From Candidatus Eiseniibacteriota bacterium (GTDB taxonomy: Bacteria > Eisenbacteria > RBG-16-71-46), in the NCBI GenBank assembly GCA_031370785.1, contig JANMQY010000098.1, positions 1 to 31,849 of the forward strand: a stretch of DNA of 31,849 nt, in the 5' to 3' direction. The notes under the pieces are model-generated. The model searched no databases, was not told the DNA's origin, and saw nothing but the letters and a program-made list of their open reading frames with translations. Positions within the stretch are counted from its first letter, which is position 1; every line of letters begins with the position of its first letter. A program made the position numbers and the translations under genes. Of the stretch, positions 1 through 9,571 are shown piece after piece.

Positions 1-1
1 A

Positions 2-664
2 ACCACCGGCGTGATCACGAGCCTGCCGTCGGGAACGCCCAACCGGCTCCTGTATGCGCTCATCGCGGGCGGACCGCCTCCTCCTCCGCCGGCTGCGCCG
101 GTTCTGAGCTCGCCGGCGAACGGGGCGACCGGAGTCTCGACGAGTCCGACCCTGAGCTGGAATGCCTCGAGCGGCGCATCTTCATATCGCGTCCAGGTGT
201 CCACCAGCTCGAGCTTCACGACGCTGGCCTACGATCAGTCGGGAATCACCGGAACGTCGGCGAACGTGACCGGACTCGCGGCGAGCACGGCCTACTACTG
301 GCGCGTGAATGCCACCAACGCCGGCGGAACGAGCGCCTACTCCGCGACCTCGAACTTCACGACCGGAGCCGGCAGCCCACCGGCCGCCCCGGCGCTGGTC
401 TCGCCTCCCAACGGCGCGACCCAGGTGTCGACGACCCCGACGCTGTCGTGGAACGCTTCATCCGGCGCCAGTTCGTATCGGGTGCAGGTCTCGACCAGCT
501 CGACGTTCGGGACGACGGTGTTCGATCAGTCGGGAGTCACTTCGACCTCGGTCACGCTGCCGCAGCTCGGCAGCCGGGTGACTTACTACTGGCACGTCAG
601 CGCCACCAGCGCCAACGGCACGAGCGCATATTCGGCGACCTGGAATTTCAGGACGAGGAAGTAG
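2..664 (+). CDS. C-terminal part (5'-truncated by the window) of a probable S8 subtilisin-like protease with a Pro linker and two FN3-like domains
   Basis: Frame is open from position 2. TTGVITSLPSGTPNRLLY resembles the end of aqualysin/proteinase-K-type catalytic domains. It is followed by PPPPPP and two ~95 aa repeats (PTLSWNASSGASSYRVQVSTSS...YYWxVxATxAxGTSAYS). The catalytic triad is outside the window. Confidence 0.7.
   Translation, partial: TTGVITSLPSGTPNRLLYALIAGGPPPPPPAAPVLSSPANGATGVSTSPTLSWNASSGASSYRVQVSTSSSFTTLAYDQSGITGTSANVTGLAASTAYYWRVNATNAGGTSAYSATSNFTTGAGSPPAAPALVSPPNGATQVSTTPTLSWNASSGASSYRVQVSTSSTFGTTVFDQSGVTSTSVTLPQLGSRVTYYWHVSATSANGTSAYSATWNFRTRK
85..655 (+). repeat. Intragenic tandem duplication of two FN3-like domains
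   Basis: Near-identical peptide blocks in the two halves; boundaries approximate. Confidence 0.8.
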
Positions 665-705
665 GCTCGAAGAAGCAATCGCCAGCTGGCTTGGCGAATA
701 GTGCA

Positions 706-742
706 AGGAAGGCGCTCCCTTACGGGGGCGCCTTCCTGCTTT
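706..742. terminator. Hairpin, probable bidirectional terminator between convergent genes
   Basis: AGGAAGGCGCTCCC-TTAC-GGGGGCGCCTTCCT forms a 14 bp stem with one G-U pair, followed by GCTTT. It lies between the stops at 664 (+) and 743 (-). Confidence 0.7.
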
Positions 743-1680
743 CTACAGCAGCACCAATCGCCGCACGAGCGTGTGACTGCCCCCCTGGAAGCGCACGAAG
801 TAGATCCCGGCCGAGATCGCGCGCGTGGCCGAACCATCCCACGTCGCGGTGTGCGCGCCGGCCGCCTGCCGGGCCTCGAATGCCGGACCCACGCGGCGGC
901 CCTGCACGTCGTAGACGTTGATCGAGACGCGCGCGGCCTCGGGTAGCTGGTACTCGATGCGCACCCGGCCCGAGGCGGGATTCGGGGACAGGCGTAGCGC
1001 GAACTCGACGACGGCGGCGGGCAACGGCACGTCGACAAGGTTCGTGGGAATCAGGCATCCGAAGTGCGCCTGCGGCAGGCCGCCGAGCGAGGTGAACGCG
1101 CCCCCGGCGTAGAGCGTGGATCCGTTCAGCGCGAGCGCGTTCACGTTGCCGTCGGGCTCCGGGGCCCAGCTCGAGACCTGGTTCGTGGAGGGGCGCAGCA
1201 GGGCCAGATGGTTTCGCCACTGCCCGCCGATCGCGGTGAACGCGCCGCCGACGTAGAGCTGGGAGCCGGTCGGAACCAGCGAGGACACGAGGCCGTTCGG
1301 CGCCGGCGCCCACGACGCGAGCGTCTGCGTCGAGAGGTCGATCGCCGTGAGCCGCCCGCGTGAGCGGCGGCGATCTGCGTGAACGACCCGGCGATGTAGA
1401 GCACCGAGCCATTGAGCACGAGCAGGTTGACCGGCGCATTCGGGTTCGGATTCCAGGTCGGGCTTGCGGCGCCGCTCGAGTTCGGGTCCCAAGCCGTCGC
1501 AAGCCCCGAAATCCCGTCGAGCGCGGCGATGCGGTTGCGGGGCTGCCCGCCGATCGTGGCGAACAGTCCGCCGGCGTAGACGACTCCACCACTTTCGAGC
1601 AGCGTGAGCACGTTGCCGTCCGCGCCGGGGGCCCACGGCAGCAACTGGCCACGGTTCGCATCGAACGCGGCGAGCGAGGC
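743..1680 (-). pseudogene. Frameshifted, 5'-truncated beta-propeller repeat protein with T9SS-A/FlgD-like C-terminal domain
   Basis: Repeats of WxPxxDGxVxxLxxxGxxLYxGGxFTxIGG are split across two frames (ORFs 1141..1881 and 743..1636), with the switch near 1364-1370. No signal peptide is present. The C-terminus reads SPNPASG...YDVQGRRV...GIYFVRF. A sequencing error could explain the frameshift. Confidence 0.65.
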
Positions 1681-2225
1681 GAGCGCGTCGATCACGGGCA
1701 GCTCGCGCTCGAGAAGCTGCGAGAACAGCGCGTCGCGCGTTTCCTCGTTGACCTGAGCGATCGGTCGCCTGGATTTCGGCAGGGAGGCGGTCCGACGTGA
1801 GGGGTTGGGTTGGGCCACTCTCACCCGACGTGGCTCGCGATCGTGACCAGCCTCAGGCTCCGGGAGCTCCGGGCCGGGCACGCAACCGGGAGCCGCGTGG
1901 GCTCATCCATCCTCCATCCTCCGTGTTCGTATTCGCCGGGATGAACGACACCGTTTCGGGTGGAGGGGAAGGAATTCGGCGTAACTGAGGATTGGTGCCG
2001 GGGATGCCGCCGGGGCGCGGAAAGCGCAGGCCCCACGGCGCCCGGCTCCCCCGGGAATTCACCCCGGCCGCGGAGGAGACTCTCTGGCGAGACGGGACGT
2101 TGCGATTTGCGAATCGATATTCACCCCGTTGCGGTCGGGATAGGGAAATGGACTCGCCGGCGGAGCGCTGGCGACCAGGAGAAGCTGGTTCGAACCACCG
2201 TCACCAGAGGTCCGTCAGCAAGAAA

Positions 2226-2266
2226 GGTCTTGGCAAGACCCGGGGGTTCATATTACAGTGGTGTAA
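2226..2266. promoter_or_regulatory. Two inverted repeats in an AT-richer patch upstream of the sugar transferase
   Basis: GGTCTTG-G-CAAGACC at 2226-2240 and TTACA-GTGG-TGTAA at 2253-2266. Confidence 0.35.
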
Positions 2267-2491
2267 CAATTCAGTTTCAAGTTGGGGATTGGGCCGCCAA
2301 GGGCCGCAGTGGGAATGCCGAACCATCGGCAACGCCCACGCAGCCTCCTCAAGGATGTGTCGCTCGACAATTCTACTCGAGCGAAGGTCCGCAAAGCACC
2401 CCAAGCTCGACATGATTCACTTGTGCCTCCCGTCCCCAAGCATGGGCCGGGGGCATGTGCTTTCACACCCCATACCCGGGACTCTGGCACG

Positions 2492-3202
2492 ATGACGACC
2501 TCAGCTTTTTCATCTCTCACCGGAACTCAGCAAGACCAAAAAGTGGAGCTCGAGTTCCGCACCCCGCGATTCAAACGCGTTCTGGATGTCGCCCTCTCCT
2601 TGCCGGCCCTCATCGCATCCCTGCCGGCATGCGTCCTCATCGCCCTCGCCATCCTCATCGACAGCCGGGGGCCGGTTTTTTACGCCCAGGAGCGCGTCGG
2701 ACTCGATCGCCGCAGGCGCAACTGGATATTCAACGAAGCCGAACGCCGCAAGAAGGTGGGCTACGGTCGCCCCTTCAAGGTCTACAAGTTCCGCAGCATG
2801 ATCATGAATGCGGAAAAGAATGTCGGCCCGGTCTGGGCCCTCCGCAAGGATCCCCGCGCGACGCGGGTGGGTACTTTCCTGCGCCGCACTCACCTTGATG
2901 AGCTGCCGCAATTCTTCAACGTGATGCGCGGCGACATGACGATCGTTGGACCGCGCCCCGAGCGCCCGCAGATGGTTCGCAGCCTGGTGGTCGATCTGCC
3001 GGAATACGCGCTGCGCTCTCGCGTGCTCCCCGGCATCACAGGCCTCGCCCAGATCCGTAACGGCTACGATGACTCCCTGGAGTCGGCGGCCCGCAAGGTC
3101 CAGTACGATCTCTACTACATGCGGAACGCGAGCCTGAGCCTCGATCTCCAGATCATGGCCTCCACCGCGGCGGTACTGGCGTGTGGAAAGGAGAAATCCT
3201 GA
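2492..3202 (+). CDS. Bacterial sugar transferase (priming phosphoglycosyl transferase, short WcaJ/PglC-like)
   Basis: Motifs KRVLD, DSRGPVFYAQERVG, FKVYKFRSM, DPRATRVGTFLRRTHLDELPQ, VGPRPERP, PGITGLAQ, YDLYY. Start taken at ATG 2492 rather than 2282. Confidence 0.93.
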   Translation: MTTSAFSSLTGTQQDQKVELEFRTPRFKRVLDVALSLPALIASLPACVLIALAILIDSRGPVFYAQERVGLDRRRRNWIFNEAERRKKVGYGRPFKVYKFRSMIMNAEKNVGPVWALRKDPRATRVGTFLRRTHLDELPQFFNVMRGDMTIVGPRPERPQMVRSLVVDLPEYALRSRVLPGITGLAQIRNGYDDSLESAARKVQYDLYYMRNASLSLDLQIMASTAAVLACGKEKS

Positions 3203-3212
3203 ATCGGTCCGC

Positions 3213-3232
3213 TCACCTGCCATGGCAGGTGA
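3213..3232. other. Perfect 20 bp palindrome just after the sugar transferase stop (hairpin/terminator or binding site)
   Basis: TCACCTGCCATGGCAGGTGA equals its own reverse complement; no U-tract follows. Confidence 0.5.
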
Positions 3233-3495
3233 AGTGGAGTTGACCCGATTTCGTGGACACCTGACCGTTTGGGACGGAGGGTTCCACGATGCCACAGAAG
3301 CCCGCACCACCACTGCCGCATCCGGATGAGTTCTGCCGCCGCCCGATCGAGCTGGTTCGGGCTGGCGAGAGCCTCCCCCAGCGCTCCGTTCGGGCGATCA
3401 GCGTTCCCTTCCCCGCTCCGCCGGATTTCCGGGCGGCCCCGTCGCTCGCGCGCAACGCGCGGTAAACGGAAACGGAAACGCATAGAGGAGCAGCA

Positions 3496-5688
3496 ATGGT
3501 AACCGCCCGCCACGCCCTGCTTGTCACGCTGCTCGCGCTGCTCGCTCCGGAGGGGGCCCGGGGCCAGACCTGGGTCGACATCAATCCGGGCGCCGGCGGG
3601 GCGTTCACCGGAATCGGCGCGGGCCCCACGGGCACGATCATCTGCGGCAGCGACCTGAGCGGCGCCTATCGAAGCGTGGACCGGGGGATGACCTGGGACG
3701 TGCTCGGCGCCAACCACGGGCTTAACGAGACCCACGTCAGTGCGGTGGCTTTCGACCCGGTTGATCCCAACGTGATTTACCTTGGCACCGGAGCCGGGAT
3801 CTACCGCAGCCTGGACGGCGGCGACACGCTTCGGGAAATGTCCGCTCCCGGCTACATCAGCGTCATCGCCCCGGCCACCGCCAACCCCGCTATCGTCTAC
3901 GCCGGCTGCCATGCGAACTGGGCCTCCAGCATCGGATCCGTATACCGGAGCGATGACCGAGGCTCGACGTGGCGTCCGGTCAGCCTCAATCTCCCTTCCG
4001 GAATCCGCATCCTCAAGCTGCTCGTCGATCCGACCAATCCCCAGATCGTCTACCTGCTCTCCGGCGCCGACCTGTTCGTGCCCAACGCGTCGCCATTCCT
4101 GTTCCGCAGCTCCGATGGCGGGGTGTCCTGGAACCGGATCGGCGAGAGCCTCGGAAGTATCTGGGACGTCGCGATGGATCCCGGCACTCCAACCACGCTC
4201 TACGCGACGATGTATGTGGGCACGCCCGGGGTCAGCTTAACCGGGGCGGTCTACAAGAGTATCGATGGCGGCAACACCTGGATGCAGAAGGCTGCTCACA
4301 CCGGCGCAGTTGTGGTGACGCGGAATCAGCCGCAGGTCGTGCACGTGATCGACGTGGATCGCGGATCCTCGAGTCCCGGGGCTGCCGAGGCGGGGGTGTG
4401 GGAGTCCGTGGACGGCGGAGCTACCTGGAACAAGAAGAGCACCCCGAACGCCTGGGACCCCGGATGGCAGATCCTCACCTGCTTCGCGTACGAGAAATCC
4501 AGCTATGGGGTCGCGCGAACGCTGGGTCAGGATCTCTCCGATCCCAACGTCATCTTCTGGGTTACGAAGCAGTTCGTCTACGGGTCATTCGACGGCGGGG
4601 CGACGTTCCAAAACCTGTTCACGAATCAAGTATCGCCGGGTTGGTGGCGATCGCGGGGAATCGAGAACGTGACCGTGGCCTCCCTCGCCATCAGCGCGGC
4701 CGACCCGTTGCGAATCTTCACCGGGTACCACGACATCGGGCTGTGGCGGAGCCTGGATGGTGGCACGAGCTGGCAGCCGTGCAACAACGCCGCGTTCACG
4801 GGGAACTGGAAGTGGTGCGGCGGCAACACCGCGACCGTCGTGGCGGACCCCATCCGGGCCGACGTGGTGTGGGCCAGCATGGGTGTCACAGCCGATTCCT
4901 CGAGGCTGGTGAAGAGCGCCAGCGCCGGGTCCGCGAGCAGCTGGGTCGGGGTGAGCGGCTTGCCGAGTGGATTCCTCAAGGGGCTGTCCCTCGACCCCAC
5001 CAGCCCCTCCACGCAGCGGAAGCTCTTCGTCACCGCCAACGGCGACGTCTACCGCAGCCTGGACGACGGGGCGACCTGGTCGCTCTGCCTCCCATGCTCC
5101 ACCTGCCACACGACGGCGGTGGATCGATACGACGGGAGCCTGGTCTATGCGGGGGGCGAAGGAGGCCTGTGGCAGTCGACGAGTGGCGGAGCGCCGGGAT
5201 CGTGGATCAGGGTCGGCCCGGCGGAGCTGGCCGGCGGAAACTCGGTACCGCTGAAATATGAGCAGTGGACCGGGGTGCACCAGATCGCCTCCGACCCGCA
5301 GCAATCCGGAACCGTCTACGTGGCAGCGTACGGGAGCGGGAAGGGCCTCTACCGCGGCACGGGTCGGGGAAGCAGCTGGTCCAGACTGCGCGAGGGCACC
5401 TACACCCGGGGCGTGGCCATCGATCCCATCAACCCGAACGTGATCTACGCCACCTCCTCGAGAGCACTCAAGTCGGGCGCCCCAGCCGCTGGCTCGGAGG
5501 GTGTGCTGCGCTCGACCGATGGCGGGTTGACCTGGATCTCACTAAACGACAATCTCGCGTGGCCGTTCGCGGCGCAGATCGTGCTCGATCCGTCGAACCA
5601 GAATCGCCTGATCATTGGATCGCCGGGCACTGGCTTCTTCGCGCGCACCCTCGTCGTGGCCGCGCGCACTCCCAGGGTCGCCAGGTGA
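3496..5688 (+). CDS. Secreted BNR/Asp-box (VPS10/GH74-like) beta-propeller protein
   Basis: RBS GAGGAG, signal peptide ending ARG-Q, and many S-x-D-x-G-x-[TS]-W Asp-boxes. Confidence 0.88.
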   Translation: MVTARHALLVTLLALLAPEGARGQTWVDINPGAGGAFTGIGAGPTGTIICGSDLSGAYRSVDRGMTWDVLGANHGLNETHVSAVAFDPVDPNVIYLGTGAGIYRSLDGGDTLREMSAPGYISVIAPATANPAIVYAGCHANWASSIGSVYRSDDRGSTWRPVSLNLPSGIRILKLLVDPTNPQIVYLLSGADLFVPNASPFLFRSSDGGVSWNRIGESLGSIWDVAMDPGTPTTLYATMYVGTPGVSLTGAVYKSIDGGNTWMQKAAHTGAVVVTRNQPQVVHVIDVDRGSSSPGAAEAGVWESVDGGATWNKKSTPNAWDPGWQILTCFAYEKSSYGVARTLGQDLSDPNVIFWVTKQFVYGSFDGGATFQNLFTNQVSPGWWRSRGIENVTVASLAISAADPLRIFTGYHDIGLWRSLDGGTSWQPCNNAAFTGNWKWCGGNTATVVADPIRADVVWASMGVTADSSRLVKSASAGSASSWVGVSGLPSGFLKGLSLDPTSPSTQRKLFVTANGDVYRSLDDGATWSLCLPCSTCHTTAVDRYDGSLVYAGGEGGLWQSTSGGAPGSWIRVGPAELAGGNSVPLKYEQWTGVHQIASDPQQSGTVYVAAYGSGKGLYRGTGRGSSWSRLREGTYTRGVAIDPINPNVIYATSSRALKSGAPAAGSEGVLRSTDGGLTWISLNDNLAWPFAAQIVLDPSNQNRLIIGSPGTGFFARTLVVAARTPRVAR

Positions 5689-5694
5689 CCCCAC

Positions 5695-7452
5695 CTATGG
5701 CAACACGACCGCGCGTCTGGTCAGCGTTCGCCGGGCCCGCGTGAGCTTGATCCAGTAGATCCCGGGCTTCAGCCGCGCACCCGTCCCGAAGCGCACCACG
5801 CGACGGCCCGCGCCCAACTCCCCGACCGCCATCTCCCGCAGTCGCCGGCCCGAAAGGTCGATGAGCTCCAGGGTGGCAGGCGCCGCATCGGGCAGCGAGA
5901 ACGCCACCTCGAGATCACCTCGCGAGGGATTCGGCCTCGCGCCCTCGAGGGCGAACGCTGTGACGAGACTCCGATCCGCGGGGACATCGACCGCGATGTC
6001 GCCCGCTCCCACGTGCTGGGCATAGATCGTGAAGTCCAGGGAGCCAGTCGGCGTATCGCGCAGATCCTGCCAGGCAAGGACGGCCCCACCCGCCCCATCA
6101 CTCACCAGGGCCGTCTGCTGCTGCTGGCGAGGGTCGCGGCAGGCGGGGACGCGGATCTGGCTCAGCACGCCGAGACCGGTCACATGGTCCACATAGACAT
6201 CGAACTGGAGCCCACCCGAGACGCCCGCATCCTCGACCGCGAGCGTTGCTCCGCCGGCTCCATCGGCGACGACTCCGCGGAGGATACTGCCGTAGGGGGC
6301 GGCGTGACACCACAGCCCCTCGGCAGGCCAATTCGATACCCGCGCGCCCGCGCCGTTGAGGTGCTGGGCGCGCACTTCCATAACGACCGTGAGGCTTGCG
6401 TTGCCGTCGCTCCAGAAGATGAGGGCACCACCACTGCGATCCTGGACGAGGCGAGGACCGTACTGGAGGCCGGGGGATGTGCACACCGGCGCGCCATCCA
6501 CGGGCCAGCCCGGCGCGATCAACCCCGACTGGCCAAGCCGCTGCGCGTAGATGTCGTTCCCCGACCCCGGGCGCCCATCCTGCCATGCGATCACGCCACC
6601 GCCCGAACCATCCGAGATCACCACGGGATTGCCTTGAGCCCCGGTCGCCTTGCAGACCCGCCCACCCCAGGTCGGATCCGGCAATCCCGCAGCCGTCAAG
6701 CGCGCCGCCATGATGTCGGGCGCCCCGGGTCCACCCAGGCCCCAGTCGCTCCATACGACGAGCACGCCGCCCGCGTCGTCCCTGGCGATCTGGGGATCTG
6801 CCTCGTGCCAGGTTCCGTCGCCCAACGCATGACCGCACTCGGACCAGCCGGGTGCGAAGACGCCGGCACCGGTCACCCGCGTGACTGCGACCAGCGCGTT
6901 CGAGCCCCCGCTTCCGCTCTGCAGCGCGATGTAGGCGCCACCCACGCCGTCGGAGCACATCACCGGCGGCCCCTGGTAGAGGGGATCGCGGCAGATCGGC
7001 AGGCCGGCGGCGGGCCATCCCGCGGCGTTGGCTCCATTCGCGGCGATGCGCTGGGCATAGAGATCCGCGCCGCTCACCGCCCCGCCCCGCTTGTCGACCC
7101 ACGCGATGATGGCGCCGCCGGAACCGTCGGATGCGATCGAGGGGTTGTATTGACCGGTGCTCGTCTGCGAGATCGGCCGGCCGTTCGCCGGCCAGCCGGG
7201 CGCGGGCGCGCCGCTGGCGGTCAGGCGAATGGCGTAGATCGCGCTCACGGTATCGCGACGATCAGTCCACGCGATGATGGCGCCACCGGCACCGTCGGCC
7301 GCAGCGACGGGTTCGAGGTGACCACCGGGCGCGACGCAGACCGGAACGCCGTCAGCAACCCAGGGCGCGGCCGACGCGGCCGGAGCAAAGATTGCCAGGG
7401 TGGTATGGAGGAACCCGGCTGCAAGGATGGAAACGCGTGAGCGCAAGGGCAA
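5695..7452 (-). CDS. Secreted repeat (propeller-like) protein with T9SS-A/FlgD-like C-terminal domain
   Basis: Signal peptide, about seven repeats of C...Q..P....DGxGGAxxxWxDxR...YAQR, and C-terminal RPNPSRG...DLSGRRLR...PGIYWIKL. TTG start is uncertain. Confidence 0.82.
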   Translation of the reverse strand: MPLRSRVSILAAGFLHTTLAIFAPAASAAPWVADGVPVCVAPGGHLEPVAAADGAGGAIIAWTDRRDTVSAIYAIRLTASGAPAPGWPANGRPISQTSTGQYNPSIASDGSGGAIIAWVDKRGGAVSGADLYAQRIAANGANAAGWPAAGLPICRDPLYQGPPVMCSDGVGGAYIALQSGSGGSNALVAVTRVTGAGVFAPGWSECGHALGDGTWHEADPQIARDDAGGVLVVWSDWGLGGPGAPDIMAARLTAAGLPDPTWGGRVCKATGAQGNPVVISDGSGGGVIAWQDGRPGSGNDIYAQRLGQSGLIAPGWPVDGAPVCTSPGLQYGPRLVQDRSGGALIFWSDGNASLTVVMEVRAQHLNGAGARVSNWPAEGLWCHAAPYGSILRGVVADGAGGATLAVEDAGVSGGLQFDVYVDHVTGLGVLSQIRVPACRDPRQQQQTALVSDGAGGAVLAWQDLRDTPTGSLDFTIYAQHVGAGDIAVDVPADRSLVTAFALEGARPNPSRGDLEVAFSLPDAAPATLELIDLSGRRLREMAVGELGAGRRVVRFGTGARLKPGIYWIKLTRARRTLTRRAVVLP

Positions 7453-7631
7453 GGTGGCCTCGGGGGCAGCCAGCGGACCATTCAGTCTCGTTTCACGGAC
7501 GATTCCCTGTCAAGGCCCCTATCGCACGAGCGGGGTGAGAAGGGCCAGTACGGCGCGACCGATGCCGGGAATGAATCGGGGCGTGCGCCTGCTGTCGCGG
7601 TGGGTTCGGCGCCTTGCCCCGCTGCACCAGG

Positions 7632-9194
7632 TCAGCGGCCGTGGGCCGTGACAGAGACCTTGGCGACCGCGCTCCTTCCTGATTGAAGCAGGCGTACGAA
7701 ATAAACGCCGGGCGAGCGGAATTCGTCTCTGCGGAACTGCGCAATGCGCCGGCCGGGGCCGGGAGCGCCCAAGTTCCGGCGCAGGACCCGGCGCCCCGCA
7801 GGGTCCAGCAGCTCGAGCGTGGCGGGCTCCCAGCCCTCCAGAGAATAGGACAGGGTCACCTCGCCGGTGGCCGGATTCGGTCCGACGCGATCGAAGCCGA
7901 ACGAGCTGGTCGCCGGACCAGGGACGGACAGCACGGCGGGATCGAAGACGGTAAATGTGTCGATGACGCTTCCCATCGTGCACGTGATGTCGTTCATGTT
8001 GCCCGGGACAAATCCCGCGGGGCCGCACAGGACCTGGCCCTCGATGGCGGTGGGCGTGAAGCGCAGCTTGACGGCGGCGTGGTGCAGGGCGCGATACGCC
8101 GACCAGGTCGGCGGCGGACAACCCCCCTTCCACAGACACGTGGTGTCTCCAGTGCTTTCCATATTGGCTCCACCGACACCGGCCGTGATGTGGGTCACGT
8201 GGGACTGTGGATACGACCGCTCGTAGTTGTGGCTGTGGCCGCAGAGGTCCAGCACGTACTTGCTGTGTGTCGCACCCAGGCCGTTGAGATACGCCCTCAG
8301 GGTCAGATCTCCGGATGAATAGTTGCCCGACGAGTAGGTCGGGCGATGGCCAAACGTCACGATGAACGTGATTGCCGTATCGCTCTGGGCCTGGTTCATG
8401 ATGAGACCGACCTTCGTATTCCAGTCGGCCCACGGCCCGCTGGGGCCGTAGGTATACGGCTCCGGGATGGCGATGAAACGCGTGTTGCCATAGTCGAGCC
8501 AGTACCAGTCCTCGCCGTAGGGCCTCGGGGTGCCTGCAGGGTCGGACGAGTCCGGCGCTGTCGGACTCGTCTGGGCGTGGGGAAGGTCGAAGCGACCCTT
8601 GTAATTTCTCAGATCGTCCGTGGTCTTATCCCACTCGTGGTTACCCCAGGCCGGCATGTATGCAGCGTCCTGCGACCAAACCATGACATCGTTGAAATGA
8701 TTGTCGACGTGGATCTGACCAAAACTGTTTGCATAGGTGATGTCCCCCACGACCAGCACGAACTGGGGTCTTCCGGCAGCGATCATGGATTGGACCACGG
8801 GCATCCGCGCGAAGAGCCCGCCGTCGCCGACGTCGCCTTCGACGTACACCGTGAAGCCCGACGTCCCCCGTGGCGGCGGGGTGTGGAAAGTGTGGTCGGG
8901 ACCGGCACCGATCGAATAGTGGTAAAGCGAGTTCTCCTGAAGCCCAGTGAGCCTCGCCTCCCAGAACGGGCCTGGCGATGAGAACGGAAGCGGGCCCGGG
9001 GTCACGGCGGTCGCGCTCTGCCCGTAACTCGCGGTGAGCCCGTAGGCGATCGTGCTTTCCGGGCCTCGCCAGTCGAACGTCACCGACGCCTGGCCGGTGA
9101 TCGTCCAATGAATTTCATCCGCTGGCAGAGCCTCGCGGGCCAGCCCCAGCGCGCAGAACACGAGCATCCACAAGACCTTGTTCGGTGCCATCAC
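7632..9194 (-). CDS. Secreted purple-acid-phosphatase-like metallophosphoesterase with T9SS-A/FlgD-like C-terminal domain
   Basis: Motifs GDVG, GDITY, GNHE, FGH, GHSHNYER; FN3-like N-domain; signal peptide; RBS AAGGAAGG. Start is GTG 9194 or ATG 9191. Confidence 0.9.
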   Translation of the reverse strand: MMAPNKVLWMLVFCALGLAREALPADEIHWTITGQASVTFDWRGPESTIAYGLTASYGQSATAVTPGPLPFSSPGPFWEARLTGLQENSLYHYSIGAGPDHTFHTPPPRGTSGFTVYVEGDVGDGGLFARMPVVQSMIAAGRPQFVLVVGDITYANSFGQIHVDNHFNDVMVWSQDAAYMPAWGNHEWDKTTDDLRNYKGRFDLPHAQTSPTAPDSSDPAGTPRPYGEDWYWLDYGNTRFIAIPEPYTYGPSGPWADWNTKVGLIMNQAQSDTAITFIVTFGHRPTYSSGNYSSGDLTLRAYLNGLGATHSKYVLDLCGHSHNYERSYPQSHVTHITAGVGGANMESTGDTTCLWKGGCPPPTWSAYRALHHAAVKLRFTPTAIEGQVLCGPAGFVPGNMNDITCTMGSVIDTFTVFDPAVLSVPGPATSSFGFDRVGPNPATGEVTLSYSLEGWEPATLELLDPAGRRVLRRNLGAPGPGRRIAQFRRDEFRSPGVYFVRLLQSGRSAVAKVSVTAHGR

Positions 9195-9515
9195 GACCTT
9201 CCTTGCACTTTGCCTCGCGCCCGAAAGAGTTCTCGGGCCAGACGGCCGCTGCGGGATGTCTTGAACTTGGCGGAACGAAACTGGCGGCCTGGACTGACAT
9301 CACCCACGTTGGGCTGGGGGGACACTCGACATCCTCGACAAAAGCCGTGGGGGCAAGTCCACGCGCTCGACGATCAGGCGGGATCGACAAATGCGCCCGA
9401 CTCGATTCCTCACTGGAGCAGACGAGGACTCATCTGAAGCCGCGTCCATGCGAGGAGCTCAGTGGACAGGATGCCGAGAACTCAATCGGCCAGCGGAGCG
9501 TAGCCTGTACTAAAC

Positions 9516-9533
9516 GGTATCATTATACATACC
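9516..9533 (-). promoter_or_regulatory. Candidate -10 box inside an inverted repeat, upstream of the phosphoesterase
   Basis: Minus-strand TATAAT at 9522-9527, flanked by GGTAT-N8-ATACC, in a locally AT-rich patch. No good -35 seen. Confidence 0.4.
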
Positions 9534-9571
9534 AAATGGCCGAGACCTGGGCCAATCCGGCACTGAGCGCG

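Noticed and set aside
1975..2160. c-di-AMP (ydaO) or glycine riboswitch, suggested by minus-strand GGGGTGAAT and plus-strand ACTCTCTGG
   Set aside because: The remaining conserved blocks (e.g. CCCGAACCCGUCAGCUAAC for ydaO) are not present.
3464..3480. AAACGG short tandem repeat as a phase-variation tract
   Set aside because: Fewer than three full units; too short to support.
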